Shown: positions 41,001 through 54,856, counted from the first letter of the stretch. The stretch is 64,000 bases of DNA from Dimorphilus gyrociliatus (GCA_904063045.1 CAJFCJ010000014.1:620001-684000), one strand, 5' to 3'. The notes: a model not told the origin generated them from the sequence alone. Translations and numbers: made by a program.

Positions 41001-41537
41001 ATAGGCTTTTTTTTGATTACTAGATAGTAAATCTGGAAATTCTTTCTTTATTAGTCCTGTTTTATCGCTGATATTCCAACCTCTTGAAGGTAAGTTATTA
41101 TTAGAGATTGTTGTATTTACTCTTTCATTGTCCGAAGAGTGTTTACTCTGAATTGGCTTGCAACTCTTGATAAGTTGATCAAACGCTTTACATTTATGTT
41201 TATGCATCCATTTCCAGACTCGAAGTTCTTCTTTTGAATGTGCAAATTTGCATTTATCATCAAGAGGACAAGTCTTTTGTCCAAGTTGATTTCGACATTC
41301 TTCAAGATATCGTTTTGGAGGCCATCGGATAATCTTTTTTTGATAAACAGCAACTTTTTGAATATCCCAATGATATTCATTTTCCTTGTAAACATGACAA
41401 GTTTTCGATGGATGTTCTCTTGTACATGTTTGTCCATTTTTAAAGCATTTGCTACATAGCCATTTTAAATCTGGTGGTGATTCTGTAACAATTTTGCTCC
41501 CTGTAGGCTTGAATTTATTGTTTGCACTTGAATATTT
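32039..41537 (-). repeat. Right arm of the about 9.5 kb inverted repeat
   Basis: Reverse complement of 9137-18635 with scattered substitutions. Confidence 0.97.
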
Positions 41538-41945
41538 CATGGGAAGTTCCGATCTTACAAAGGTTTCGTGATTTTTTCGAATACATATGGTGTCCGCATT
41601 TGAGATTTTATTAGTCGTTGCAGAATCATGTATTATCGTTGGTTCGTTATTTGAGTGAAAGTCTGATAAACCATTTGAATTATCAGTAGTATCAAGGATA
41701 TCAGTTTCAAGCTGGTTGTCTTTTCTCTCGAATGGTTCAATAGAAGGTAGTTGATTCCAAACCGGTAGTAGAGATGATTGTGGAATGTGTTGTTCGCTAG
41801 GAGTCATATTTCTGACACCCCCATTGAAAAAAGGCATTGGAGATGGACTAAATTGTGTAGTGAGAAGAGGAATATGAAATGGAAAAGGCGCATGGGGTGC
41901 TAGTTCCGGACGATATAGGAACATCTCCTGAGAATAATTGGGCAT
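32865..41945 (-). CDS. HELZ2: HELZ2-like protein copy B, about 2900-2925 aa
   Basis: Same exon structure and catalytic motifs as copy A. It has a distinct, shorter first coding exon (462 vs 710 codons) that lacks two CCCH modules. Confidence 0.93.
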
Positions 41946-43169
41946 ATCGTATTTTTTTGGAAACTGTCAATAAAAAGAAATTGGCGTCTTATAACAGATT
42001 ACTCGCTTAAGTAATAGTTAATAAGAATATTGATAATATTGATAAATAAACTTTGAATTTACGTTGTTAAAGCTATTCTGAAGTATTTAGTATAAGCCAA
42101 GCAGTTTTATACAGTTTATTAGGTAAGATGGGGATAATTGATACACTTTGTATTTTTAGTCATAAATAGATCACTCATATTAATAATTTTAGTGTAACTT
42201 ATTTCTTAACCTTTTTGGATATCCGATGTATTTTTTTGGAGTTGATTGTTTCTCCATACTCCATGAATTCATATAGAGATTCTTACTGAACCTTCACTCA
42301 AAGTTTCATTACCAAAAATAGCTTTTTAAATATAAATATTCCTTGAAGAGGCCTAGCTTATTCACAAAAAACACAATGATTTTTTTGTTGATTGTAACGA
42401 TGCAGACATGACTTTCAGTTGCTTACACCAAAAGTATATGTGTAATGGTTTGACAGAACCGAATGAAAGTGTTCACAATGAAATTTTACAGATTAAGTAG
42501 TATATTTGGAAAGTATCAATAATATTAGTTAGACGGTTTTAAAATTACATCAAAGTGTATAAAATATTCTCATCCTGCGGAAACAGTTTAGGTTTCTTGC
42601 AGTTTCGTTTTGTACCAGAACAAAAAAATTCAATTTCTTTTCAGTAGAAAATATTCGATTGTTTATTTATCTAACCAATGGATTTTAAAGAATGATTCAA
42701 TAAAAGCTACATTTTTATTAATGCATATATAGAATACAACTGCGTAACTTAATATAGGTATATTACGCAACATCGATAAAAAAACTCACTTTCAACAATT
42801 AAAAGTAAAATTTCCTTTTATTCTAACTAGTTATATATAGATTTTTAAGAGGCAAACATAAAATAAGTTTGCTTACCATTCGTAAAAAGTTCCTTTTAGT
42901 TTATAATGAGCGGCAGCGTAACGTAAACTAAAATAAAACCATACTAATACTGTATATGAGCGCATGCGCTTTAATCATTACAGGCATTTAGACAACGGCT
43001 TATTGAAATACCCCAAAAGTTCACAATGGACGTATTGCCACATTAACAGTTTCAAAAGAATCCAATTCTTCACCTTTTTCACTGTACTTTAATTCGTTTC
43101 CGTCAAAGCATTTCGTGTTAATATTGAAACACATGGTGAATTTCTAGGTAATAATCTACTCTACTACAT

Positions 43170-43430
43170 AGATGAAATGTTCAGAACAACAACGTACTTT
43201 TGTTTTTATGATGATCATTTTACTTTTAGAATCTATGTCACCACGATATTCCATAACTCTTTTATAAGTTGAGCGCTTGTCCGAGTGTTTCCAGTTCCTG
43301 TAGGTCTTTGAATAAGAGTGTTTTTGTTTGAAATTGCTCTTCGAATAGCTTTCTTTTGATCCTGATTTGGTTTTTTGAGATCATCATTTCTCTTTCAGAT
43401 TAATAGATTGTTATCGTTATTATTGCATCG
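43170..43430 (-). pseudogene. HELZ2-like helicase-2 remnant
   Basis: Translates KKPNQDQKKAIRRAISNKNTLIQRPTGTGNTRTSAQLIK, against KKPNEDQEKAIRRAITNQFTLIQGPPGTGKTQTSAQLIY in copy A. Stops follow. Confidence 0.85.
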
Positions 43431-44816
43431 CTATAAGCTAAATGATTTATTCCATGGCGATGTTAAATATACCTGTAGTAGAAAATATTGCTGCAGTTCT
43501 ACTATATACTAAATCTCTCTCTATTAGATAAGATCAAACACTGTTGCAATCAATTCAAGAAGTTGAAGCTTGAATATCTATTGAATAGATACGATATCAT
43601 ATATTTACAACCATTCTTTACAACATATCTTTTTTGATCATAAAAATGATTATGAAGTAATTGCACCTGCTGACCTCTATTATATAAAAAAAGAATATAT
43701 TAGCATTAGTCATAACTAATAAATTCTTTAAAAACTGAATTTTAATGACATTGAAATATCGAGTGATTGAAAGAAAAGAGAAACATAAATATTATTAGTA
43801 TATTAAATAGAAATTTATGTATTCTTTCAAAAAAATTTATAAATAAATAATTTCAAAAATAGCTGATTTATGGAAAAAAAGTACTAGCACTTGAATTATA
43901 GGAACATCCCTCCGTCTTATCCGAATTGAAATTCCCTTCTAATCTAAACATTTAATGTCTATAAAGAAGGACATAAAATACTTAATATGAATAAAACTAT
44001 AGTTCATATTACAGCAAGAGTCAACTTCATCATCCGCTTCAACAGCTTCAATCATTCGAGGTCTGATATTGATAAATTGAAGAAAGTCATCCATCTTTAT
44101 AATTACCCTTACAATTTCGATAAGATTATCATCCTTGCCATGGTGCCTTTAAAATGCCTTTTTTAACGATTCCAACGACATCTATAGTTTACACATGACA
44201 AAAAATATACCTCTAGTTAACCTGTCGGCATAGAAAATACTATTGTAGCTGTATACTAGAGCCTTCTCTCTTAGATTGAGAGTAAATATTGTTGCAGTCG
44301 CTACTACAGTACTTTTTAAAAACTACTTAAAAGTACAGATAGCAATTGCTGAATATATCCTTTAAAACAGTTACGTTTACATAAAGTAATTTTCTGAGCG
44401 GAAGGCATCGATATATCCGTATAAGGGTAATATTTATCTATTTAATTTATTCTTTGAATTGTAAATATGAGATTAAAAAAGAAAAAAATCAGTAGTTAGA
44501 ATACTTTATCATTTTTACGGTTGAATTTGTTTTATTATAAGAAAAGTTGATTTTAATACAACCATTAATATAATACTACTCCGATAGACCCTATCCGTGA
44601 ATACGTCTAAAGACAATGTTTCATGGAGTATCAGTGAGATTAGACACATAAATAGAAATATAACATAAATAATAACTATACGATAGAAACTATTGAATAC
44701 TTCGTCATACTTCGACGTAATCATTCTTTTGGAATATTGTAAGTATGCCTAAATCAGAATTGAATGGGTTAACATTACAAGAGACACATGACACTTATAG
44801 AACAGGTAGTAAATTC

Positions 44817-45913
44817 TTAATATTTCATTTGTCTGTTTTGCCCAGTCCTAGTCGAATTGGAGGAATTAGAGTAGCTAGAAGAGAAGCGTTCATCGGTAGC
44901 GTCAGTCTTCCCTTGAGTAATTCGATTGCAACAGAAAAAACGAATTAAGAGATTGATAGAATTTCGTCTAAACGACGAATAAACACAAGTGAATATAATA
45001 ACGTTGACAAAGCTGTTTACGTTGGCTGACCACATGACAATAAAGTCTACAATTGGTGGATGTTCAATGGTTAGATTAGACGCAAAATCAATAAATACTA
45101 GGATCGAAAATGGCAGAAAAGCAACTGCAAATGCTGCGCCTGATATCAATATAAGTTTTACAGCCTTATTATTTCTTTGCATTTTAGCCTTATTTTCTTT
45201 CAAATCTTCACTTAGCATCTTGTTTTCTTTCAGCTTTCTTATAATGTTGAAAGTTGCGTAACTCATTAATATCGTACTCAAAAGAGGCATATAAGGAAAA
45301 GTTAGTACATAAAACCAAAAATATCGAATTTGGCAAGGGCACATAAATTGAGCATCCTGATATAAATAATATTCGTAGTTTTCAGAAAAAAAGAGTGGTA
45401 ACGAAAAGCTTGAAATGGGAACAAACCACATTACAAATATTGCTATTCTTATTCTTCTTAAAGTAACAATTTGACGATATCTGTTCAAAAATCATTGAAT
45501 ACTTAGACATTTATATAAAAAAAGGTTAATAATTACTTTATTGAATGAACAATTGCGAAATATCTATCCAAAGAGACGAGAACTACTGTATACATTGAAG
45601 TAGTCACACTCGACGAATGGATAATTCCAGATACCTGACACCAAATCATTCCGTATGGCCATCTTTCAATAACAGCTGAAACAATCGATGGTGCAACTGA
45701 AAGTAAACCGCAAGATAAATCGGCAACTCCCATATTGATGAGACAAATTCTCGGAATATATGGAATTTGTTTCGTAATTCTCAAAACATTAATGCCAAGA
45801 ATATTGCAGAAAATAATAAGAAAACTTATAATTGCAACAAAAGGAACTCTAATAAAAATTGGTAAAGGTAGAACTATCTTTTCATCTTCGTATGAAAAAT
45901 TTGAATTATTCAT
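44817..45913 (-). CDS. Class A (rhodopsin-like) GPCR, ligand unknown, 2 exons (intron 45481-45536)
   Basis: Seven hydrophobic segments, TM2 ADL, extracellular WPYG-x3-C, SLDRY, TM6 AFLP. Confidence 0.92.
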
Positions 45914-46880
45914 ATTTAACCTGTTTAAAAGTAACTATCTATAAGAGATATACTGCCTTGTTGGTGAATAGTTCTTCCTATATACTTACATAGATATATA
46001 CTGTATATATATAAGTATATTCTCTCTATTCATTAACATTTTTAATATAATGCATCCAATCGGAGCTTTCAAAAACGAATTTTAGCATTACTATCCTCCT
46101 CTCATTAATGTAATTAACGAATACTGCAAATAGTTCTCCTCTATGAACAAATCATTCCTTTAAATTTTTAAGTTAAATAGCACTTTAAATATAAAATCTT
46201 ACCAGGGAGGTTTCTTTAATTTTCCCATTATGACTAGATAAAATAATTGTGTAAACGGACAGGTAATTAGGTTATTAAAGTATCTTCTAATACTTTTAAG
46301 CAAGGCTATAAATAATATGAGGATCGCGTATGAACAGTGTGAGTAGTACAGTATGACCATTCGTAATTTTAAGAAAGTCACAGTGGAAAACAGGAGAATG
46401 GCAAGTCCCTATTAGTATACTAATATATGCTAATTGTATAATAAAAACATAAAAAGGCGTGTGTTTCTGTTATGTCGGTGACCTTGCTTTGATGAGCGAT
46501 ATATGATATTATAATGAGGAGAATGAAGAAAAGAAATATTTCAAACAGTGATACAACAATGATACGATAGGAGAAAAAAGATTCTGAGAACATGATTTTT
46601 TTAGTATTTTAATTTGTACTAAATTCTCATTTATTTAACAATTTTATACCTTAAAGAATATAACAGTTTCACTTCATTTTATAATAACTCTCCTAAGAGA
46701 GAGAGAGATAGAGAGGGAGAGAGATTTTTGCAAACTCTATCGTTAACTCCTGTGTAAGATATAAACTTATTAGAATATTAAAATCTTTTCTTTATTTTGA
46801 ATAGAATTCTTATTACTTAACTAAACAAAAAAGCATTCTTTATTACATTCAAAACACATAACTAATGAACTATGAAATTG

Positions 46881-49019
46881 TTAATCTTCGTAATTGGTAT
46901 GGGTTTCTCTATTCATTTGCCTCTGAGTCAAGTCTTTGAATAGACCATTACTTCTTATAAGTTCATGAAAGCTACCCTCTTCAGCTACCTTTCCTTTTTC
47001 TAACACGACTATATTATCAGCCTGTTTGATAGTTGATAATCTATGAGCTATTGTTATTACTGTCTTATTTTTCATAATTTTTCGAAGATTATCGTGTACT
47101 CTCTGCTCTGAATGAGTATCCAAAGCGGAAGTGGCTTCATCCAGTATTAAAATATCGGGTTTTTTAATTAAAGCTCGGGCTAAGGCTATTCTTTGCTTTT
47201 GACCTCCTGATAATTGAGCTCCTCGCTCACCTACTAAAGTTTGTAAACCGTCGGGAAAGGCATTAACGAAATTCAAGGCACAGGCATTTTCCAAGGCTTC
47301 TTTCACTTCTTCTTCGGTTGCATTAGGTTTGCCATATTTAATATTTTCTTCAACTGACATTGAAAAGAGAGTTGGTTCTTGTGGAACGTAACTGATATTT
47401 TCTCTTAAATAATCCGTATCCATGTCAGAAAGATTATGACCATTTAAATTGATTAAGCCAGATTCTGGAGTGTAAAGTTTAAGAAGAAGAGCAACAATTG
47501 ACGATTTACCGCATCCACTTGGTCCTACTAAAGCTGTTGATATTCCTGCTCTTAGCACCAAGTTCATATTATTTAGGACATTGGCATCCGGTCTGGAAGA
47601 ATAGTGAAAGGTGACATTCTCAAATTTCAAATCTCCTAGTAAAACAGGGCGAGAACTTTTAGTTTCGGTTTCTTTCTCTCCTTTAGAATCTAGCAACTGA
47701 AATAATCGTTGACTTGCCCCAGTACCTCTCATTAATTCAGAATAGAAACTTGAAAGACCGCCCAATGCAACTCCTACGTATGCAGCGTACAACAGAAAAG
47801 AAGATAAATCTCCCATGGTTAAAGATGAGGTAGACATCATTATCCCTCCGTAATAGAAGACTGATAAAACAATTACGTTACCGGATAAACCGGTAAATCC
47901 CCAAAATGCGGCGCTCATACTAGTTTCTTTCAATTGTAATTTTAAGACTTGTTGTAGTTTATCGGAATATCGAACAACTTCGTCACTTTCTTTAGCAAAA
48001 GATTTAACGGTAATCATATTGCTCAACCTCTCCTCAGCAACGTGCGTACTTTCCGCTAAAGCATCTTGAACCTTTTTTGTCATCTTTTTTAAAAATCTAC
48101 CATACATAATAGAACCAATAGCAACGGCCGGAACAATACTTAAACCAACTAAAGACAATTGAGCTGAAGTCCAAAGCATCATACCAACTCCACCAACAAT
48201 AGAACAAAGTGACCTCAATCCATCCGAAATATTCATTGTGACGGAATAAGAAACAAGTTGAGTATCAGCTGATAATCTTTTATGGAGAGATTATATGATA
48301 AAATAAGGATTTTTAAGACAATCCTATATAGATATTATACAATAATTTTTTACCTATTAATTAATTCTCCCGTTTTTCGTTTATCAAAGAATTCCATTTT
48401 TTGATTAACAATCGCTGAATATATCCTTTCTCTAAATCTCTTTGCGATTCTTTGTGCTGAATAACAAACAGCAAAAAAATTATTAAATTATTATTAAATA
48501 ATTATTTTAAAACATTAAACCTGAGCTCTGCATTAGGTAGAAACGACCTATATTTCCAACTGCACCAATAATAAATATTCCTAATAATAATCCACAAAAT
48601 TCATTTAATCGTTTCTGTCTCTCTTCTTCTGTTTGAGTTGTATAGATAATATCTAATACTCTGCCAATTCCGTATGGTACTGCTAAGGTTACTCCACTCG
48701 AAATAAATAGCAGACCGATAGCACCTGGATAGGTTTTACAGGTTAATGGCCTCCTTTATAACTGATTTATTCAACACTTACTAATTAATCTAGCTCTTTC
48801 GGGTTTAGCTAAGGAAAATAAACGACTTAAGTCGGATTTGGAAAGTTGAGCATTCTTTTTAGTTCCATTTGGTTTCAAAGCTTTCTTCGTCTCTTCCGAA
48901 GAGAGCCGTCTTATTGATTGCCCAAGCTTTAATGATGATTTGTTCATAAAACTTCCTTTAAATAATCGGAATGTGGAACCAAGTCTTGTCATATTTTGTA
49001 AGTACAAAGCGTAATGCAT
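46881..49019 (-). CDS. ABCB10: Mitochondrial ABC half-transporter ABCB10, 4 exons
   Basis: Basic presequence-like N-terminus; KTGELINRLSADT, GFTGLSGNVIVLSV and GGLSSFYSELM motifs; Walker A GPSGCGKS, signature LSGGQ, Walker B ILDEATSALD. Confidence 0.92.
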
Positions 49020-49867
49020 TCTTGACCTTTTCTCTGACTTATCTCTTACTTGTTAAATGTATTATCGCCCAAAAACATCTGGGAAGATTTCACGATTGTA
49101 GTGTAACTTAGAGAGGCATTAAATCAGATTAAACTTTATAATAAGTTTCACACTCGTTTCATAATGTTTTAACAAACTAGCCTTCTCTTTTTTAAAGTTT
49201 GGTTAGCTATTGCATATTTTTATTAGCAGTTTCATCAAATATACTATTTCCAAGTGAAATATTATATCTTTTTATTACCAGTTTTCATTTTATCTTATTA
49301 ATATACTGTATATACTAGTACAATCGCAAAGAATAGCTGAACAAAGGAGAGACAAAACATCAACAAACTTTAATCCAAAAAAAGGGACAAGTCACCTCTA
49401 TTACACTTATGCAACGACCGACTAATTGAACTCAATCTTTACAGGAAGAAAAAACTTCAATGTTCCCAAACTTAAACAGCGACAAATAGCATTACTATAA
49501 CATGAAGACGTAACTATATAACAGAATTTCTTTGGTAACAACCATCTACTTTGTAAAAATAGACAGTCTTGTTGGTATTAGTGAATTCTAAGAAATAAAA
49601 GTTGTGATAATGCTCATAGAACTGGGAGATTGATTGATTAAAATTTAGAATTTTTCTAAAGTTATAAACGTTTATTAAATGTACGAATAACTTTAATAAA
49701 TCAAATCTTTAAATAGATGTGGCAGACTTATGTAACACGTCAGACGAATATAGGACAATATGTGATATAATTAGAATTAACTACATCAGATTTGAATACA
49801 TTTGACTTGTAAATAATAACGAAAACCTAACTTTGCCTCTGTCGGGTTACTAAGTGTTTAGTTAATA

Positions 49868-49913
<46 letters not shown>

Positions 49914-50218
49914 GTGTTTATGCTAATTAAAGGTACTATTGTGTTCGATACCGAAGTAGGTTTGGGCCTACTTAACCCAGACGGATCATGAGATATAGGA
50001 ACGTACACAGTCACCAATTAAAAATTGAGTAGTACTGATACAACTCACTTTTGAGTATAAGAATAGAAAAAAACTCATCCTAAGTAGCAGGCAGACAGAA
50101 GAGTTTGATATTCTAATCTTTGAAGTCGCATTAGTTGTAAAATTCATCAATTTCCTTTAAAATAACTGACTCTAGTTCGAATTTTTGATAATTTTACGTT
50201 GGGAAGATTGAAGGAAAA

Positions 50219-51584
50219 ATGAGAATGGTTCAACTTATGCTAGTCATTCTGTGTACTGTTGTCTACTGCCAAGCTAGCCCTTTAAAACTTCTGTCGTTTA
50301 ATACTCGCTTAACAGCCGATGAACTGTACACAAGAAGTCGTTTTCTTAAGACTGTACAGACATTAAAGAGGCTTGACGCTGATGTATTATGTTTACAGGA
50401 AGTCTGGAATGATGAACATCTCTTTTCCTTGATTGAAGATCTTGAATGGAAATTTCCCTTTAGTTACTCTTTCGTGCACAATGTAGGTGGTCTATTGAAT
50501 GAAAAATTGGACTTGCCAAATTCGAAATGCTCTGAGAAGGATGGAGATAGATTGTTGAAATGCATAAAAAACAACTGCTTAAACAGCAAAGATTCTGAAG
50601 AGTTTCATTCTTGCTATGTTAACGAGTGTAATCCTTTTGACTTGAACTTAAACGAGGCTTGTAGAGAATGTACAACTCTTCAAATTGAAGCTTGTATTAA
50701 AATTATGCCGCAAAATGTGAATAAAGATAGGATTATGGAATGCCTTAAACAAATTAAAAGACCAAGAGGAATTTGCTCTTCAAGAACAATTGATACTAAA
50801 GCTAATCATGGATTGCTTATGCTTAGCAATGTACCTTTAAATAGTCAAAGAAGAGGTATATTCACTAAAGATTCGCTAATTGCAAGAGGTTTTTTGGAGG
50901 CAAAAAACAATTTTGGTGAAAAATTTGTATGTACTCAAATGACAACTGGAAGATCATCTGTATATAGTGAAAGTAAGTATTGAAATCTAAAGTGAATTAT
51001 ACAGCATAACTCAAAAAATATCGTGCTAAACTATTAATATATTAACCTTTTCAATAACAGCAAAGACGCATTTCAACAATTGGTACGATTTAAAGGAAAG
51101 CGAAGTAGAACAACTGGTAAACATGTATTCTCAATCAAAACAAACTTATATTTTGGGTAATTTCAATGTCGGTCCGGCCATGCCAAGTAATGGAATTAAA
51201 CCTTACTACTCCGATCTTTATAAGGTATAATAATTTTATATTGTTCCACAATAATTGATATAAATTGACAAATAGATAATGGAAGATCGCGGCCTGGAAA
51301 ACATTATTGTGAGAGAAGCTGGCAAATGTACACTTTGTGCTAACAACGAACTGGCAAAGGATGATATATCGAATTCATACATTGTGGATGGTTGCATTTT
51401 GGTCAACGTTGATCGCTGTAGATTATCAAATGAAGTTATTTTCAAAGAAAATATGCTACTAAATCCCAGAACTAGAAAACACTATCCACTTTCTGATCAC
51501 TACGCTACGCTATCAACATTTTGCGATAATTTAGAGCTATTCTTAACTAGCTCTGATGATGGCTCCGGGAGCGGTGGCAACTGA
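50219..51584 (+). CDS. Secreted EEP (endonuclease/exonuclease/phosphatase)-fold protein with a Cys-rich insert, 3 exons
   Basis: Signal peptide, LLSFNT, DADVLCLQEVW, ILGNFN and PLSDH motifs. Introns lie near 50972-51060 and 51226-51275. Confidence 0.8.
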
Positions 51585-51647
51585 AGTCAAAAGCAAAATG
51601 TGTAACTTATTCAATAAATTGCTCTTACTATAATATCATGATTTCAT

Positions 51648-53362
51648 TTATTGAACATATCGATAAATTAACCTAGGCCTAGCTCTATTCAAATAATAGA
51701 GCGTGAAGTATAAGCAAGTGGCTATAAGATACAGAACGGAAATCAGATAAAATGCTTTTACGTAGGTGGATGTTGAATCGAAGATAACTCCTGTTCATAG
51801 AAGAAGAATGTTGATTTTTAGTTTTCACATTTATACCTTCTTCTATTGGTAAAGCTTAACAAACCTGCTAAAGTAGGTCCCAGTAAAATTCCAATACCAA
51901 TACCACTTCTCACTATACTAAACATTGCAGTCAAATGTTTCCCATTTAACACTTCTCTGCTTGTACTATGCAAGGCCGCTAATATTGGACCTCCAGCTAC
52001 TCCGCTTACAGCACCGAACACCATAGTTCCCGCAAAAGTAGTTACCAACGACCAAAGACCAGTTATAATGCATAAAAATGCGCAGCAAAAGGCGTATATA
52101 GGTATAAATCTGCCTTTAGCTCGATCGCCCAAAGCTGATGTTACAAAACGAGTTATCAACTCGAAAACGGCAGTTAAGATCATTCCCCTTGAAGCTTTTA
52201 ATTGACTTATACCTAAAGTCGTCATATGTTTAACCAAAATCATACTAGGTGTATAATAAGCCATAGATTTAGTTATAGATGCAAATAGCCATATTCCACC
52301 AAGTATTACTTTAGTTCTGAGTGCAAATTCAATTTCATCCTCTTCCTTAATCTCTTCGTAAGCTTCCAAACAGAAGAAACGATTCATAAACGGAATAGTT
52401 GTTAACAAGACAACTGTTACAAGAATTACAGCCAATACGAGAAACGTCCATCTCCAACCAACTTTTGATAATATGTAATACACCAGTGGGTTAAAACTCA
52501 GCACCGCTGTTTCGTATATTAGAATTACTCGATTGTGTATTTATACATGTTTAACAGCTTTACAAAAATATAGGAAGGATAGAAGAAAAGTTATATTGAA
52601 AGAAATCGCTAATGGCTTCTAATAGAAATGATAGGCGTATGGGAAGAAACAGTTGAAAAGATCAACCAAAGGTATGTATTTTTAGGAGATTAGTAAGATT
52701 AATTATCGTATTTTTTACCTATAGGATAAGCACAAGTGACGATACTCGTAGCCAAAACGTTTCTTGGATGAGAATATGGAAAATATCTATTTAGAGCAGA
52801 GTATTGTGGGTTTAGTAAAAATGTGGCACCAATTCCAAATATTATTCCATGAGTTAACAATAAAACACCAGCATTTGGAACGAATATAGATCCTATACAA
52901 CCAATTGTTGATACAGTTAAGCCTACTAGAAGAGTTTTTGGAGTTCCTATTTTATCATCAACCCAAAAAGCAACCGGAGCTAATAACATAGGCCAAGCCG
53001 TAGCTAAAGATCCTATAAAGTCTATAAGATGGATTATAAAGTTGCGATTAACAAGCGTAAATTACTCTTTTTTTATATAATATTCCATTTATAAAGTTTT
53101 TAATAAACAAAAGAAAAGGTTAATACATGAATAAATAATTGAAATATGAAATCTTTTTACCTAGCAGAGCCATACTAGTTTTAAAATCTTCATTAATAAA
53201 GATAAGAATTTCACTATAACTAAATAATAATCCCATAGTAATTACGAATTGTATAATTGAACAGGTACAAATTATCCAATCATGATATTTAATCCCTAAT
53301 TTGTTTTCACCTTCTACGTCCTTGACGGATTTTTCAACAATATTCAGAGTTTCCATATGCAT
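51648..53362 (-). CDS. SLC16/monocarboxylate-transporter-family MFS protein, 4 exons
   Basis: Twelve-TM-type hydrophobic pattern with THGIIFGIG, RYF, GWRWTF and LGPTLAG motifs; last exon GVIFDSTSTYVKAFYLIS...YVQ*. Confidence 0.85.
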
Positions 53363-54004
53363 TGAATTGATTCAAAGCAGTTTGCCAAGTATTTACTTAT
53401 AAGATACTTTGACAAATAGATAGCTTTTCTCATTTATATACTTATATATACGTTCTACATCTGTTAGATTTAAAGATACTGTTGTAATAATCTATTTATT
53501 ATTTTCACTTTTCATAGTGAAAATCATTAAAAATAAATGGAAAACAAATTTTACTCCCGTCTTCCTCTATCTTCCATTCTTGTTATTATTTACCTTTTAA
53601 ACAGGAAATATATCACTTTCCCATAACTATTCGATAAATGTACGCCTATGTTTTTATGTTGTACAAAGTCTGTGTAATGATAACAACAATGGAATGCTTT
53701 TAAAGTGTTTTTTGCCTATCATTTGAATTAATCAAGCAAGAATGAAAATGAGTGAGAGTATATATATATATATAAATAAAGAGAGAATTGATTAATTTGT
53801 ATTTATATATAGCTCTTTATTGGACCAAAATATTGTTCACTTTTTCATTTATCTACATGCTTTGTTCCTTCTCTCTCTTCAGCAGAGTTATTATAATAAT
53901 TATGCAGATTATTAAAATGGTTCAAGATGAAAGTTCAAACAGTTTTTTAATATGTACTGTATATTTTATATGCAGGTAGGGTTTGAGAATGAGGTTAGGG
54001 TTTA

Positions 54005-54487
54005 TTACTTTCTATTTGGTGTAACCTTGACACTTGGTAAATTAGAATATATTCCATTTTCGGATATCCCTTTCAGAGTTGTTGGTCTTTCGATCTTTTT
54101 TGGTTGATTGCTTCCGTCGCTTTTCACAGTTATCCTTAGATTGCCTTCGGTTGGCATTTCAGCCTGTATCGTCTTCGTATCAGTTCCATCGGGAAGGGGC
54201 ACTGTCCTCGTGCACTCTTTTTTGACGGCGTGTCCATTTTCCTTGCTTTCGTGGGAAGCACCTATTACCAATGTTTTGTCTTCTAATTTAACAGATACTT
54301 CTGATATATCGTAGCCTGGAAGATCAACTTTTATTATGTAATTATCTCCTTGCTTTTCCCAGCAACTGTTTGATTTCATAAGGTCTTCGGAAAAGATATT
54401 TTTCATCTTTTCTTGAAACTCTTCCTGGCTCTTAAGAATTTCTTCCGGAACGGAGAATTCAGGAAAATCGACTCTTTGCAGTGCCAT
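54005..54487 (-). CDS. Small heat-shock protein (alpha-crystallin domain), intronless
   Basis: VDLPGYDISEVSVKLEDKTLVIGASHE...RTVPLPDGTDTKTIQAEMPTEGNLRIT matches the Hsp20 pattern. Confidence 0.9.
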   Translation of the reverse strand: MALQRVDFPEFSVPEEILKSQEEFQEKMKNIFSEDLMKSNSCWEKQGDNYIIKVDLPGYDISEVSVKLEDKTLVIGASHESKENGHAVKKECTRTVPLPDGTDTKTIQAEMPTEGNLRITVKSDGSNQPKKIERPTTLKGISENGIYSNLPSVKVTPNRK

Positions 54488-54856
54488 TACTTTTAGCTTA
54501 GTGGCGCAAAAAAGTATTACAGTTTTCTACAGGAAAACGTAAACATTGCTGGAATTCTTCCAATCTGGGCTAGCATAGGCTTATGTAACAAGAACTTTCT
54601 TCTTTTCGAAAGAAAACGATAAAGAGGGAAAAACAAAAAGACAAAAAGCAAGTGACTAGATGAATGGTATATTTATCTCGTCGTTAGGCAATCGAATATG
54701 AATACGATCACAGGTATTCGAACGAAAAGGATTAAAAGGGTGGCCAATAGATTGTAAAGAGTTAATCCAACAGGGGTTTCATTGCAGTAAGATGAAAATA
54801 GGCCTAGAACAGTAAACAAGTTTTACATGAAACTTACATCGCTCGATAGTTCTATG

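Noticed and set aside
44515-44724. 69-aa hydrophobic ORF downstream of the GPCR
   Set aside because: Short AT-rich ORF with no motif, probably within the 3' UTR or flank.
54520-54610. Possible HSE upstream of the small HSP
   Set aside because: Only two in-phase pentamers (GAActTTC), which is below a convincing three-unit HSE.
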